A stretch of DNA of 55,505 bases from an uncultured Dehalococcoidia bacterium. GTDB taxonomy: Bacteria; Chloroflexota; Dehalococcoidia; Lucifugimonadales; QGNO01. The notes beneath the pieces are model-generated. The model was not told where the DNA came from, made no database searches, and saw only the letters and a list, made by a program, of their open reading frames with translations. The stretch spans positions 1,342 to 56,846 of the forward strand of contig CAYVEN010000002.1 of the NCBI GenBank assembly GCA_964450505.1, read 5' to 3'. Position 1 is the first letter of the stretch. Every line of letters begins with the position of its first letter. Positions 43,206 through 52,318 of this stretch are shown piece by piece. The position numbers and the translations under genes are program-made.

Positions 43206-43348
43206 GTTCTCCTCCTAGCACAATCCCCTGTTAGATAACGTTACCATCTGGAGGGGAGTTTGGCTACGGGGGACGGGAGAAGCGGGCAGCCGGACAGATG
43301 GGCAATAGGTGTTGGGACAGGCCGTCGGCACGGTTTACGAACAACGCA

Positions 43349-44719
43349 CTAGCCGGACTCATCCGCCTCAATAGGGGCTACGGTCAACATAATGCCGTCC
43401 ACGGAAACAATGCGCACCTGCTGTCCCTCGGAGAGGGAACCGCGTCCCTGCAGTACCGCCGTCCACGTCTCCCCGCGGGCGCGAACGGTGCCCCTGGGAT
43501 TGAGGTCGCTGGTAGTCTCCACCACCTGTCCAATCAGGTCTACAACCTCCGGATCGGGCGGGCCATGGCGGGATTGATAGGCGAACCTGACTACAAGGCC
43601 CCCTCCGAATCCCAGTACGAGGACGGTGGGGATGAGCACCCAGAGGCTGACGGAGATTGAGGGCGGCGCGGTTGGGGATGGCACCCCGGTGTGGAAGAAG
43701 AGCAACAGTCCCCCGAGCAGCAGGCTGACGATTGCGCCGACTCCGAGGACGCCAAAGCCCGATACGTAGTACTCCAGCAGCGCGAGCCCGAAGGCCAGCA
43801 GGATGAGGATGGCTCCGGCCCAGTTCACCGGCAGGTTCCCCAGTGTAACCCAGGCCAGGATAAGCAGTATGATTCCGGCCACTCCGGGCAGTATGAGGCC
43901 GGGGTTCAACAGCTCTACGAATAGGCCAAGGCCTCCCAGGGAGAGGAGCAGGAACGATATGTTGGGATCGGCTAGGAAGCGGAGAAGACGCTCCACCATG
44001 CTCAGTTCCATGGTCCGCACGGTGAGGCCCTGCGTGTCCAGGATAACCTTCGGGCCACCGGGAGGCCGCAGCGAGGTCTCCAGACCGTGCACCTGCTGAA
44101 GCAGGTCGTCCACGTCGCTGGCGATGAAGTCGATCATGTTTTCGTCGCGGGCCTCTTCCGAGGTGAAGGAGAGCGCCTCCAACACGGTGGCCTCCAACTG
44201 CTCCGCGTTTCTTCCCCTTGCCTCGGCTATGCCGCGCATCTCGGCTGCGGCGTCCTGAAACGCTTTGGACTTGAGGGTATCGGGCAGGTCTTCACCACTG
44301 CCCGATACGGGGCTGGCGGCCCCGATGTTGGTGCTTGGCGCCATCACGGCGAAATTGGCCGATGCCGTGATGAACGTCCCCGCGGACGCCGCCCTGGCGC
44401 CGCGGGGCGCTACGTAAACGGCGGAGGGAACGTCGGCTTCCAGGAGATGCTGGGTTATCTTGCGGGTCGAATCTAGCAGGCCGCCCGGCGTGTCCAGGCT
44501 TATGATGACCATCTCGGCGCGGTCCCGTTCAGCACGCTCTACGCCCCTGGCGATGAATCCCTCCGAGATGGGGTTGATGATGCCTTCGACTTCCAACAGC
44601 AGGACGTGCCGCTGCTGGGCCTGTACGGAGCCGGTCAGCCCCGCCGCTATGCAGAGCAGCGACAACAGGGCAACGAAGGTGCGCCAGGTAAAGAACGGCC
44701 TTGGTATTAGAGCCTTCAT
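43349..44719 (-). CDS. NfeD-family membrane-bound ClpP-class serine protease (long form)
   Basis: 456 aa. It has a signal peptide, the protease core 'LDTPGGLLDS' and 'AASAGTFI', 4-5 TM segments, and a C-terminal OB-fold 'GTVRARGETWTAV...VRIVSVDGIMLTV'. Confidence 0.85.
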   Translation of the reverse strand: MKALIPRPFFTWRTFVALLSLLCIAAGLTGSVQAQQRHVLLLEVEGIINPISEGFIARGVERAERDRAEMVIISLDTPGGLLDSTRKITQHLLEADVPSAVYVAPRGARAASAGTFITASANFAVMAPSTNIGAASPVSGSGEDLPDTLKSKAFQDAAAEMRGIAEARGRNAEQLEATVLEALSFTSEEARDENMIDFIASDVDDLLQQVHGLETSLRPPGGPKVILDTQGLTVRTMELSMVERLLRFLADPNISFLLLSLGGLGLFVELLNPGLILPGVAGIILLILAWVTLGNLPVNWAGAILILLAFGLALLEYYVSGFGVLGVGAIVSLLLGGLLLFFHTGVPSPTAPPSISVSLWVLIPTVLVLGFGGGLVVRFAYQSRHGPPDPEVVDLIGQVVETTSDLNPRGTVRARGETWTAVLQGRGSLSEGQQVRIVSVDGIMLTVAPIEADESG

Positions 44720-44742
44720 CTTTCAAGGATAACATTACTTCA

Positions 44743-44771
44743 TTGACATGAGTAATACGCGGGGACATAAT
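44743..44771 (+). promoter_or_regulatory. Sigma70-like promoter
   Basis: TTGACA (44743-44748), a 17-nt spacer, then CATAAT (44766-44771). The -35 box is flanked by the imperfect inverted repeat ATTACTTCAT / ATGAGTAAT. Confidence 0.5.
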
Positions 44772-44806
44772 CTCCCTCGTCAGCATGGAGCATAGGAGGA
44801 GGCATC

Positions 44807-45802
44807 ATGGAGCGCATAGGGAAGATGGAAACGCTGGACTTGAACTGCACCATAGTTGGCGCTACCGGTTCGGCTACTAGGGGAGGGACGCCGTTCATCG
44901 CCAGCACCAGTGACGACCCGTATACCACGCGGACGCGGGTGGTGGCGGTAGAGCCGGGGGACGGGTACAGGTTTGTGGCCACGCAAATCGTCACCCTGCC
45001 GGGTTATGAGCCCGTGGAGTTCCACCACATGCACACGCGCGGGGTGAACGAGAAGGGGTTTGCCTACGTGTGGTCCGGCGCGCCGCCCAACACACAGTAC
45101 GAACCCGATTACAGCGAGGCGTACGGCATTCCGTTCGAGCAGTTTGGCAGGATGCTGCTGAGCAGGTCGGGCTCCGTAGCAGAGGGCATCGAGCTCTTGG
45201 AATCCGTCCCCAGGGCGTTTCACGGGAACTTCCTCTTCGCGGACGCCGGGGGGGAGGTCGCGCTGATAGAGGTGAGCACACAGTCGATGCACGTGGAGAC
45301 ACGTACCAGGGACGGCTGGCTGGCGCGAAGCAACCACTGGGTGTCGGAGGAGATGGCTTACAAGGGACGTTCGTCCGGCGTACAAAGCTCCAGCGAGGTG
45401 AGATTGAAGAGGGCCACGGAGCTGATGGGCAACGGAGAAGGCCGCATAGACGTTACCTACCTGTCCGACCTCTACCGCGACCACGAAACCCTGGCCGAGA
45501 CCGGCTGGTCTATATGCGCGCACGGGCACACCAAATCGCCGGACGGAGAACGTCATGGCACGGTAAGCTCCGAGATATTGGAGCCAGCCAGCAGGACGCT
45601 GAGCTACTGCTACGGCTGGCCCTGCGGCGGGCCGGTCGATTACTCCGGTGAGCAGGACTACCAGGAATACTCCTGGGGCCAGTATCTGCCGTTCAGCTTG
45701 GACCAGCTTGAGCCCGGCGAATACGTTACTCCTGAAGGGAGGCTTACGCCCCTGGCCGTGCGGTACCTGGCTAAGAACGGGAAGAACGGCCACTCAGAAT
45801 AG
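44807..45802 (+). CDS. Ntn-hydrolase, peptidase C45 / acyl-CoA:6-APA acyltransferase-like
   Basis: 331 aa with RBS AGGAGGAGG. A Cys follows a short pro-segment ('LDLNCTIVGATG'). 'FLFADAGGEVALIEVS' and 'ARSNHW' fit the C45 pattern. The antisense 337-aa ORF has junk composition. Confidence 0.5.
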   Translation: MERIGKMETLDLNCTIVGATGSATRGGTPFIASTSDDPYTTRTRVVAVEPGDGYRFVATQIVTLPGYEPVEFHHMHTRGVNEKGFAYVWSGAPPNTQYEPDYSEAYGIPFEQFGRMLLSRSGSVAEGIELLESVPRAFHGNFLFADAGGEVALIEVSTQSMHVETRTRDGWLARSNHWVSEEMAYKGRSSGVQSSSEVRLKRATELMGNGEGRIDVTYLSDLYRDHETLAETGWSICAHGHTKSPDGERHGTVSSEILEPASRTLSYCYGWPCGGPVDYSGEQDYQEYSWGQYLPFSLDQLEPGEYVTPEGRLTPLAVRYLAKNGKNGHSE

Positions 45803-45805
45803 AGT

Positions 45806-46015
45806 CTAGCCTAGAATACGGATAATCACCTTGAAGCGCCTCATGGCGCAGACGTGGGCCAGCTCTTCGAAGGCGGTTATCTCCGCTGCGGTCCATTCGC
45901 CGCTGTTGGCTATGCGGTCTCCCACCACGGGAAACGGCGAATCGCTTTCTACTATACGGTGCCCCGCGGGGGAACCGTCTTCGGTATAGAGGTACCAGGC
46001 TGCGGCTGTGGTCAT
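45806..46015 (-). CDS. Small hypothetical protein
   Basis: 69-aa ORF with GGAG 9 nt upstream of the ATG. No family was recognised. Confidence 0.3.
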   Translation of the reverse strand: MTTAAAWYLYTEDGSPAGHRIVESDSPFPVVGDRIANSGEWTAAEITAFEELAHVCAMRRFKVIIRILG

Positions 46016-46036
46016 GGGTGATGCTCCGGCCCAGAG

Positions 46037-46396
46037 CTACTTCTCCACCTGCTCCGTCTGGCTGTCGGAGCGGGTGATGGCAATATGGGCGAACTCGGAA
46101 TCGTCGGTGGCGCCGTGCCAGTGCTTCTCTCCGGCTGAGATGAGTACGACGTCTCCGGTTGCGACCTCCCGCTGCTCCGTCTCGGTAGCGACAATGCCTT
46201 TGCCGTCCGTAACGATTAGTATCTGCTCGCTGGTGTGGGTGTGCAGCTTGTTTCGCACCCCCTTCCCGAAACCGATGATATTGGCGTTGTAGTCCTTGCT
46301 TCCCGGCGTTACGGGCTGGCGGGTAACGTCTGGATGGGTGAACAGTTCGCTTAAGTACTGCTCTTTGTCAACTTGAGACGGTCTGACGATCTGCAC
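46037..46396 (-). CDS. Cupin-domain protein
   Basis: GTG at 46396 lies 7 nt after AGGAGG. Cupin_2 motifs 'GVRNKLHTHTSEQILIVTDGKG' and 'GDVVLISAGEKHWHG'. The longer 46516 start would overlap the upstream gene. Confidence 0.75.
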   Translation of the reverse strand: MQIVRPSQVDKEQYLSELFTHPDVTRQPVTPGSKDYNANIIGFGKGVRNKLHTHTSEQILIVTDGKGIVATETEQREVATGDVVLISAGEKHWHGATDDSEFAHIAITRSDSQTEQVEK

Positions 46397-46470
46397 AGGG
46401 TGGCCTCCTGATGGAAGATGCTTGGCATTATCCGCTATGGGCTGGGAACGGGCAAGGAGAGCAGTCTGAG

Positions 46471-48744
46471 CTAATTGAAGGTGCGGAAGACAAGCGCCTT
46501 GCGTACGCGGTTCCATGCCGAGCGGAGTCGCAGTCCTTCCATAAAGGAAATGGGCGAGTTGCCATATATCGACCTGCTGTAGGTGTTGCAGATGTAGCCG
46601 ATGTCTTCGCTGGCTTCAGGGACGGCCCGGGACAACGCGCGTCCAAACTCCAACGGAGTATGGGTCAGTTCGGGTTGGGCAACGAGCAGACCGGACATGC
46701 GGCGCATTCTGAAGTAGGTGAGCTCCGGGCGCGGCAACCGCAGCATGAATCTGTGCCAGAGCAGCCACAGAGCAGCAATCCAGGCAACCATTGTAACGAT
46801 CAAGAGCAGTCCGCCTGACCCGAAAGGCGACGCGGTAAAGGAAAGAGGCGGGGGCCGTCCACCTTCGCCGCCTTCCAGTCGACCGCCTGGAAGGTCTTCG
46901 TTGGGCCCTTCCCTAGTCGTTTGCGCTGGAGAGTCCTCAGGCACAAACTCTGGGGTCGTTGCCGGAGCCGCTTCGCCCAGTCCTGTCATGGCAAGGTAGT
47001 CCTGCGCCGTTTGGGGTATGGGGTCAAATATCGGAGAAGGCTCAAACGGTATCCAGCCCGGCCCGGGGAAATAGGTTTCAACCCAGCTGTGCTTGTCCTT
47101 TTCCCTCACGGTGAAAGTCCGAGTTTCTTGATCAACGACACCCGTGTTGAAACCGGACACCAGCCGCGCCGGTATACCGGCGGAACGGAGCATCACCGTC
47201 ATTGCGGAAGCAAAGTGGTCGCTATGGCCTGCTTTGCTCTCGAAGAGGAAGTGGTCGACACGGTCGTCGTCGAACCTGGGAGGAGCGGGATCGGTGGCAT
47301 ACTCCAAATCACGCAGGTAACGCTCAATAGCCAGGGCTTTGTCATATGGGGTAACCGCGCCCTGGGTGACATCTTGCGTCAGCCTGTGCACTCTGTCCGG
47401 CAGGGAATCGGGAAGATCCAGGTAGTGCTTGGTAACCCAATCCGGATAGTCCGTGTCTGCGCTGCGTATTTCAGCTTCCGTGAAAATTGGCACGCGCATG
47501 GTGCCAAAGTACACGTCGCCTTCGTCCAGGCGCTCCTCAGCGCGGACGGTGATGACGTCTCTCTCCACCGGAGAGTCGGCATGGGTCTCAACCTCCAGCC
47601 TGATGGGCATGGTGTCCAGTCCGGTCTGGGGTATGTAGAGATATCTTGGAGATGAATCCAGCTGCACCCTGAAGCTGAGGCCGCCTATGGCCTGCGCTTC
47701 CTCCGGCTCATCTTCCAATGCCAGGGCCTCGGGTGAAATGAAGAAGGTGAACGCCGTCTCGGAGATGGTGGCGTCGGTGGTCCAGCCCCCGGAGGTGTAG
47801 GTGGTATATGCCCTGGCTTTCCAGTAGGTTGGTGTGGGGATGTCTCCACGGAATACGGGTTCCTCGCTGATGGATGCATTGGGCTGAATAGCCAGTACGG
47901 GGCCGAACAGCTGAGGCGAGTCCTTCTTGCTTTCTATAGCGGAAAAAAGGCGCCCAAACTCTTGCTGGAACAGGGAGGCAGGTTCCCGGGAGACGTTCCA
48001 TACGCCGGTCAGCGCCTCACTTCTGGCGCGGGTATCCGGAAGTACAAACACCAACCCCACAATCAGGGAGGAGAAGACCACTGCTATTCCAATCCATACC
48101 CTGCGCAGCGACGCCGGGTAGGAGATGCCCTGCTTGTTCAGATACTCCTGGCGCTGCAGGGACGTGAAGCGTGCCACCAAGAGCAAGGTGACCAGCAGGA
48201 ACGGGAAGACAACTGAGAAGTGAGCTTCCGGAAGGTAGGTCAGGTTGATGAACAGGCCCACAGAGGCGGGCACAATTGCTATCCATATCTTGTTCAGCCT
48301 GAAAACGGCCCATGCCGACATATACCCAGCTGACCAGGCCACTGTGGATAGAATGACGGCAAATGGAACGGCATCGGTGCTTATGCCGTTGCCGAAGATT
48401 GCATTTATCCAGGCCCACAGGCGTGTATTCAGGTCGGAGACGCGCCCTGTGAAGCTCTCGCCTTCAATCAGGCCAGTCGCCTGAAGATATACCAGAAAGA
48501 GGCCAAGAAACGCGGCCGCCAGATATGCCTTCCATCCTGCCAGGGGTGAGCGGGCGATGATGAGGCCGGCTAAGGCCCCCAAGAAAGCTGCCAGGGAAAG
48601 GGAAGCCGTGGTCACCCACTCCGCGGATTCTATGGACCTGATTACTATAAGGGCTACTCCGGCGGTGAGAGCAAAGGTGATCCAGTCCTCCGTGCGCAGC
48701 CATCGAAGCACGTCGATTCTGGGTATGACCCTTGCCTGCATCAT
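46471..48744 (-). CDS. Transglutaminase-like domain membrane protein (TgpA-like), Ser at the catalytic Cys position
   Basis: 757 aa with an N-terminal ~6-TM region. The core 'AGHSDHFASAMTVMLRSAGIPARLVSGF...KHSWVETYFPGPGWIPFEPS' aligns to the G-x-C-x-x-F-A ... H ... D motif. There is one C-terminal TM segment. Confidence 0.8.
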   Translation of the reverse strand: MMQARVIPRIDVLRWLRTEDWITFALTAGVALIVIRSIESAEWVTTASLSLAAFLGALAGLIIARSPLAGWKAYLAAAFLGLFLVYLQATGLIEGESFTGRVSDLNTRLWAWINAIFGNGISTDAVPFAVILSTVAWSAGYMSAWAVFRLNKIWIAIVPASVGLFINLTYLPEAHFSVVFPFLLVTLLLVARFTSLQRQEYLNKQGISYPASLRRVWIGIAVVFSSLIVGLVFVLPDTRARSEALTGVWNVSREPASLFQQEFGRLFSAIESKKDSPQLFGPVLAIQPNASISEEPVFRGDIPTPTYWKARAYTTYTSGGWTTDATISETAFTFFISPEALALEDEPEEAQAIGGLSFRVQLDSSPRYLYIPQTGLDTMPIRLEVETHADSPVERDVITVRAEERLDEGDVYFGTMRVPIFTEAEIRSADTDYPDWVTKHYLDLPDSLPDRVHRLTQDVTQGAVTPYDKALAIERYLRDLEYATDPAPPRFDDDRVDHFLFESKAGHSDHFASAMTVMLRSAGIPARLVSGFNTGVVDQETRTFTVREKDKHSWVETYFPGPGWIPFEPSPIFDPIPQTAQDYLAMTGLGEAAPATTPEFVPEDSPAQTTREGPNEDLPGGRLEGGEGGRPPPLSFTASPFGSGGLLLIVTMVAWIAALWLLWHRFMLRLPRPELTYFRMRRMSGLLVAQPELTHTPLEFGRALSRAVPEASEDIGYICNTYSRSIYGNSPISFMEGLRLRSAWNRVRKALVFRTFN

Positions 48745-49982
48745 GATGCAGCCCTCCCGGCAAGGGAGGGACTTGCCGTTTCCGGCGCTGTCCGACGAAA
48801 GCTGAGAGCTTCGCTCAAATCATCCCCCTTGCGTACAACGTAGGTCAAAGCGCCACTCAAATACAGCAGATTTAAGGTACTGTCAATGGCGCCTTCCGCT
48901 CCGAAAGAGTGCGGGTCTACCAGGATTACCACTATCTGGGGGATTTCGCTCATCATGGCGCTAACAGCCTGAATCCAAGCCCCGCTGGTGGAAGAGGTGA
49001 TAATCACCATGCTGGAAGACGTGGCGAACAGATTGCGCTCTTCCCTGAGCACTTCAGCCAGGGAGCGAGTCCCTTCGGCTTTGGCCACTGCCAGGACTCT
49101 CAGCAGGTCGTCGTGGGCTGAGGAGCTCCTTTGAGGCGAGACGACGTACTTCTTATCGCCGTAGGCCATAAACCCCACAGGTACGTCCATGTTCATCATC
49201 TTGTTGGCCACGGAAGCGGCGAGAGTAACGCCCGTTTCCTCTGTGTTGTCTATCTCATCGCCGAATTGCACGTCCTGGTGCAAGTCCAGAAGTATCCAGG
49301 CATGACTTCTGGTATCTCCGTCGAACTCTTTGACCATAAGCTTGGACTGGCGCATTGTGGAGACCCAGTGGATGCGTCTCATGGCATCGCCGTACTTGTA
49401 GTCCCGTATGGTGGATACGGATGGGGTGATGTCCTGAGTCAACCTACGGCTGATGCTGGGATGAAACCCCTGGCTGGCCGATAGCTGGAAGTAGGGCACG
49501 TCCACGGTGTGTGGATAAACGGTGATCTCATTGACGCCGGGGAAGCTCCGTTGGAAGCTGAATATGCCGAAGAGGTCGCCGGCGAATGCTTGGGCCGGGC
49601 CCAACTGGTAAACGCCGCGCTTTCTGAGAAGAGCTTCCGCCTTCCAGTCGGTTGCCCGGTAGGGGCCCATGTTCAGTACGGCGCCCGTCGGCTGTCCGGG
49701 CAACTGGGCCATATCCTGCACTTCCAGGAAGAGCTTGGGGAAAGGGCTGGCGTTCCTGATGAACAGTTCCGTTTCCACGTAGTCTCCAACCTGAGCCCGG
49801 CCAGACTTGCGTCGCGCGGAGATGGAGATGCCGGCTAGGTTCAGGCGCGTCAACAGGAAGCTGGCCAGCAGAGAGGCCAGCAACACGTAGAACATGAAAT
49901 AGAAAACGGTAAAACCGGAACTTATGGCGGAGAACAGCGTCAGCCCAGTTATAGTCAGTACCGTATAGAAACGCTTGGTCAA
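48741..49982 (-). CDS. DUF58 domain protein
   Basis: 413 aa with 2 N-terminal TM segments and the signature 'IRDYKYGDAMRRIHWVSTMRQSKLMVKEFD'. Confidence 0.85.
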   Translation of the reverse strand: MTKRFYTVLTITGLTLFSAISSGFTVFYFMFYVLLASLLASFLLTRLNLAGISISARRKSGRAQVGDYVETELFIRNASPFPKLFLEVQDMAQLPGQPTGAVLNMGPYRATDWKAEALLRKRGVYQLGPAQAFAGDLFGIFSFQRSFPGVNEITVYPHTVDVPYFQLSASQGFHPSISRRLTQDITPSVSTIRDYKYGDAMRRIHWVSTMRQSKLMVKEFDGDTRSHAWILLDLHQDVQFGDEIDNTEETGVTLAASVANKMMNMDVPVGFMAYGDKKYVVSPQRSSSAHDDLLRVLAVAKAEGTRSLAEVLREERNLFATSSSMVIITSSTSGAWIQAVSAMMSEIPQIVVILVDPHSFGAEGAIDSTLNLLYLSGALTYVVRKGDDLSEALSFRRTAPETASPSLAGRAAS

Positions 49983-50956
49983 GGGATGTCCTTCCTCTGG
50001 AACATGGTTGTATCCGTGTCTGCAGCCGTGTCGGCGGAGACGCGCTCTTCATGGCCGGTTTGGCCCGTTGAGCCGGTGAAGACTATCCTCGCCAGCGCTA
50101 TCAGTATAGCCATACCACCGGGTACGGTTCCTGCGAAGAACGGCACCCAGAATGAATAGGGAAGCCAGATCTTGCTAAAGGTCCAGTACCTGGAAATCCC
50201 ATCATAGAAATATATGGAGCCTATCTGCAAGAACAGGCCGGTTGCCACCAGTATCAGAATCCCCAATACCGCCAATCTCCGCGTGACCATGGCGGCGCCA
50301 ACTATCAGCAGGCTGCTCAACCCAACGCACGCGCTGTATGCATACAGCGTTCTGCTAGGCAAGGTCACAAATGCGAAAGAGGACATGATATCGACTATCA
50401 CCGAGCTATAGAACAGGAGCAAGCTCGCCGGTACCACGGCGGCCACTAGCAGAGCCGCGGAAAAGGTGCGCTTCCTACCCGATAGAGCCAGTTCCGCGAC
50501 TACCGTGACCATCAGCGGGATGCCGAGGCTGTACACCCAGAACGGCGGGAACAGCGATTCAAGGTCTTGCTCGTAGACGGTGGTGTAGACGACCGGAATG
50601 AATCGCAGGAGCGGTAGGGCTAGCACGAGCAAGAGAAGCAGGCTGAACACGGAGAGGTCAAGGTAGCGGTTCGTGGCGCCCAGGCCCAGGGCAGCGGCTC
50701 CGATTACGATGCCCAATAGAAGAGTGGCGGTAGCGCCAATGACCTGGTGCTCCGGGTTGGGGTACTGGCCGGAAATGGTGAAAATGGCGACGGCAGAGGC
50801 GACCAACGATCCTCCCGCAATCAATGCCGCTGCGCGAACCAGTACGTTGGGGGCGTCTTTGTAGTGTTGAGATACCGCTATCTCAACAGAGCTAAACGGA
50901 GTGCGTGCTGCTATTTCCATCATGCTCATTGGGGTAGGAGGTATCCTACCAGGCAC
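49979..50956 (-). CDS. Polytopic membrane protein, unknown family
   Basis: 325 aa with about 8 hydrophobic segments. It overlaps the DUF58 gene by 4 nt. Confidence 0.55.
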   Translation of the reverse strand: MPGRIPPTPMSMMEIAARTPFSSVEIAVSQHYKDAPNVLVRAAALIAGGSLVASAVAIFTISGQYPNPEHQVIGATATLLLGIVIGAAALGLGATNRYLDLSVFSLLLLLVLALPLLRFIPVVYTTVYEQDLESLFPPFWVYSLGIPLMVTVVAELALSGRKRTFSAALLVAAVVPASLLLFYSSVIVDIMSSFAFVTLPSRTLYAYSACVGLSSLLIVGAAMVTRRLAVLGILILVATGLFLQIGSIYFYDGISRYWTFSKIWLPYSFWVPFFAGTVPGGMAILIALARIVFTGSTGQTGHEERVSADTAADTDTTMFQRKDIP

Positions 50957-51025
50957 GGCGGGAGACGGTATGAGGTAGCCTCCCGGAAGTTTATCTCATA
51001 ATAGCATTTTAAGACAGTCCAGGGA

Positions 51026-52309
51026 TTAAGTCCCGCGGCGGCGCCTTGGGCGCTTTTTGGGGTCGGCCTCCTTGGCAATTCTGTTGGCATACCATCCGAC
51101 CAGGGGCGCCACGGAAGCTCCGTGTACAGCCGCCGAGGCGAGGACTACGACTCCTACCGCGGCGAGCAGCGCCTCCGATTCAGGGAGACCAGCATGCACA
51201 ACCAGGAGGGTTAGCAGAAGTGAGTTGAGCCCCCTGGGGCCAAACCAACTCACCAGAAAGTGGGCTTCCCACCTCATTCTGGGCCTTGCTAAGACCACGC
51301 CAAGTACGGATGGCCTGATGAGGAAGATTACGAGCACTGCCAGGAGTAAAGCGGGCCAAATATCCGATCCTGGCAGTATGCCGGATAGGACTGCGCCAAA
51401 CAGAATGAAAGCCACCATCATGGCCATTTCCGCGGAGATCTCTCCGTAGTCCAAGAAATTGTTGCTTAGCGCCTGGTTCAGAAGCGAGACGGCAAGACCG
51501 GCAAAGAAAGCTGCCAGAAATCCGTCTCCACCCAGCGCCGTGGCGACGGAGTAAGAAGCCAGCACAAGGCCAACGCCAAAGAGGATCTGGTACTCTCTCT
51601 TGACGCCAAGGTGAGCATCGCTCTTGACCATCAACCAGGCGCCTATGCCTCCGATGATGGAGCCGATGGCAGGTCCCAGGATGAGCAGCCTGAAGAGAAA
51701 GCCGGTCCACTCCAAGGGCGAGCCGATCTCCGACTGGGCTACTGCTATCAGGATCAGTATGACCGGCAATACTACAAGGTCGTTGGCACCCGCCTCTATC
51801 TTCAATACCTGCCGTACGAGTCTAGGTATGCGTTCGTGTACGAGGATCTCACGGAGTATCACCGGGTCGGTTGATGCCAGTATAGCGCCGCCTATAAAAG
51901 CTACGGTCCAGGTAAAGCCTAGTATCAAGGCTAGGGGCAATGCTCCCAACGTGATTATCAGCGCTGTCCCTGGCCCCAGTATCAGGGCGGGTATTAGCCA
52001 ACGTTTGCCGAGCTCCTTGATCTGTAATTGCAGCGCATCCAGGAAAAGCACTAAGGACAAGGTTAGAGTGGCGACTAATTCCAGTATTGGATCCTGAGGA
52101 GACATGGTGATGAAGGCAAATCCATTTTCCCCCAGGACAAGTCCAAAGGTGAGGAAAACCAAGGGGAAGCTCAATGGGGACCTTTGGATGAGCCCGGAGG
52201 AAAGGGCGGTAACAAATAGAACGATGGCTATGAGGTCAAATGCCAGAAGGAAATCAGTCAACAATCCCCCAGTCCGAAACAGGCCATGGGGCTGTTCCGC
52301 GAGTCGCAA
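51026..52309 (-). CDS. Cation:proton antiporter (Na+/H+ exchanger family)
   Basis: 427 aa with about 12 TM segments. 'ILASTDPVILREIL' and 'IEAGANDLVVLPV' are typical of CPA1. Confidence 0.8.
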   Translation of the reverse strand: MRLAEQPHGLFRTGGLLTDFLLAFDLIAIVLFVTALSSGLIQRSPLSFPLVFLTFGLVLGENGFAFITMSPQDPILELVATLTLSLVLFLDALQLQIKELGKRWLIPALILGPGTALIITLGALPLALILGFTWTVAFIGGAILASTDPVILREILVHERIPRLVRQVLKIEAGANDLVVLPVILILIAVAQSEIGSPLEWTGFLFRLLILGPAIGSIIGGIGAWLMVKSDAHLGVKREYQILFGVGLVLASYSVATALGGDGFLAAFFAGLAVSLLNQALSNNFLDYGEISAEMAMMVAFILFGAVLSGILPGSDIWPALLLAVLVIFLIRPSVLGVVLARPRMRWEAHFLVSWFGPRGLNSLLLTLLVVHAGLPESEALLAAVGVVVLASAAVHGASVAPLVGWYANRIAKEADPKKRPRRRRGT

Positions 52310-52318
52310 GACAATCAG

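Noticed and set aside
44780-45793. 337-aa minus-strand ORF mirroring the Ntn-hydrolase gene.
   Set aside because: The plus strand has a promoter, a strong RBS and enzyme-like composition. The minus-strand translation is Arg/Pro/Gly-rich with no start context.
46397-46516. The 159-aa long form of the cupin ORF, starting at 46516.
   Set aside because: The extension overlaps the stop region of the transglutaminase gene and adds a non-cupin, low-quality N-terminus. A GTG with AGGAGG 7 nt upstream at 46396 gives a normal ~120-aa cupin.
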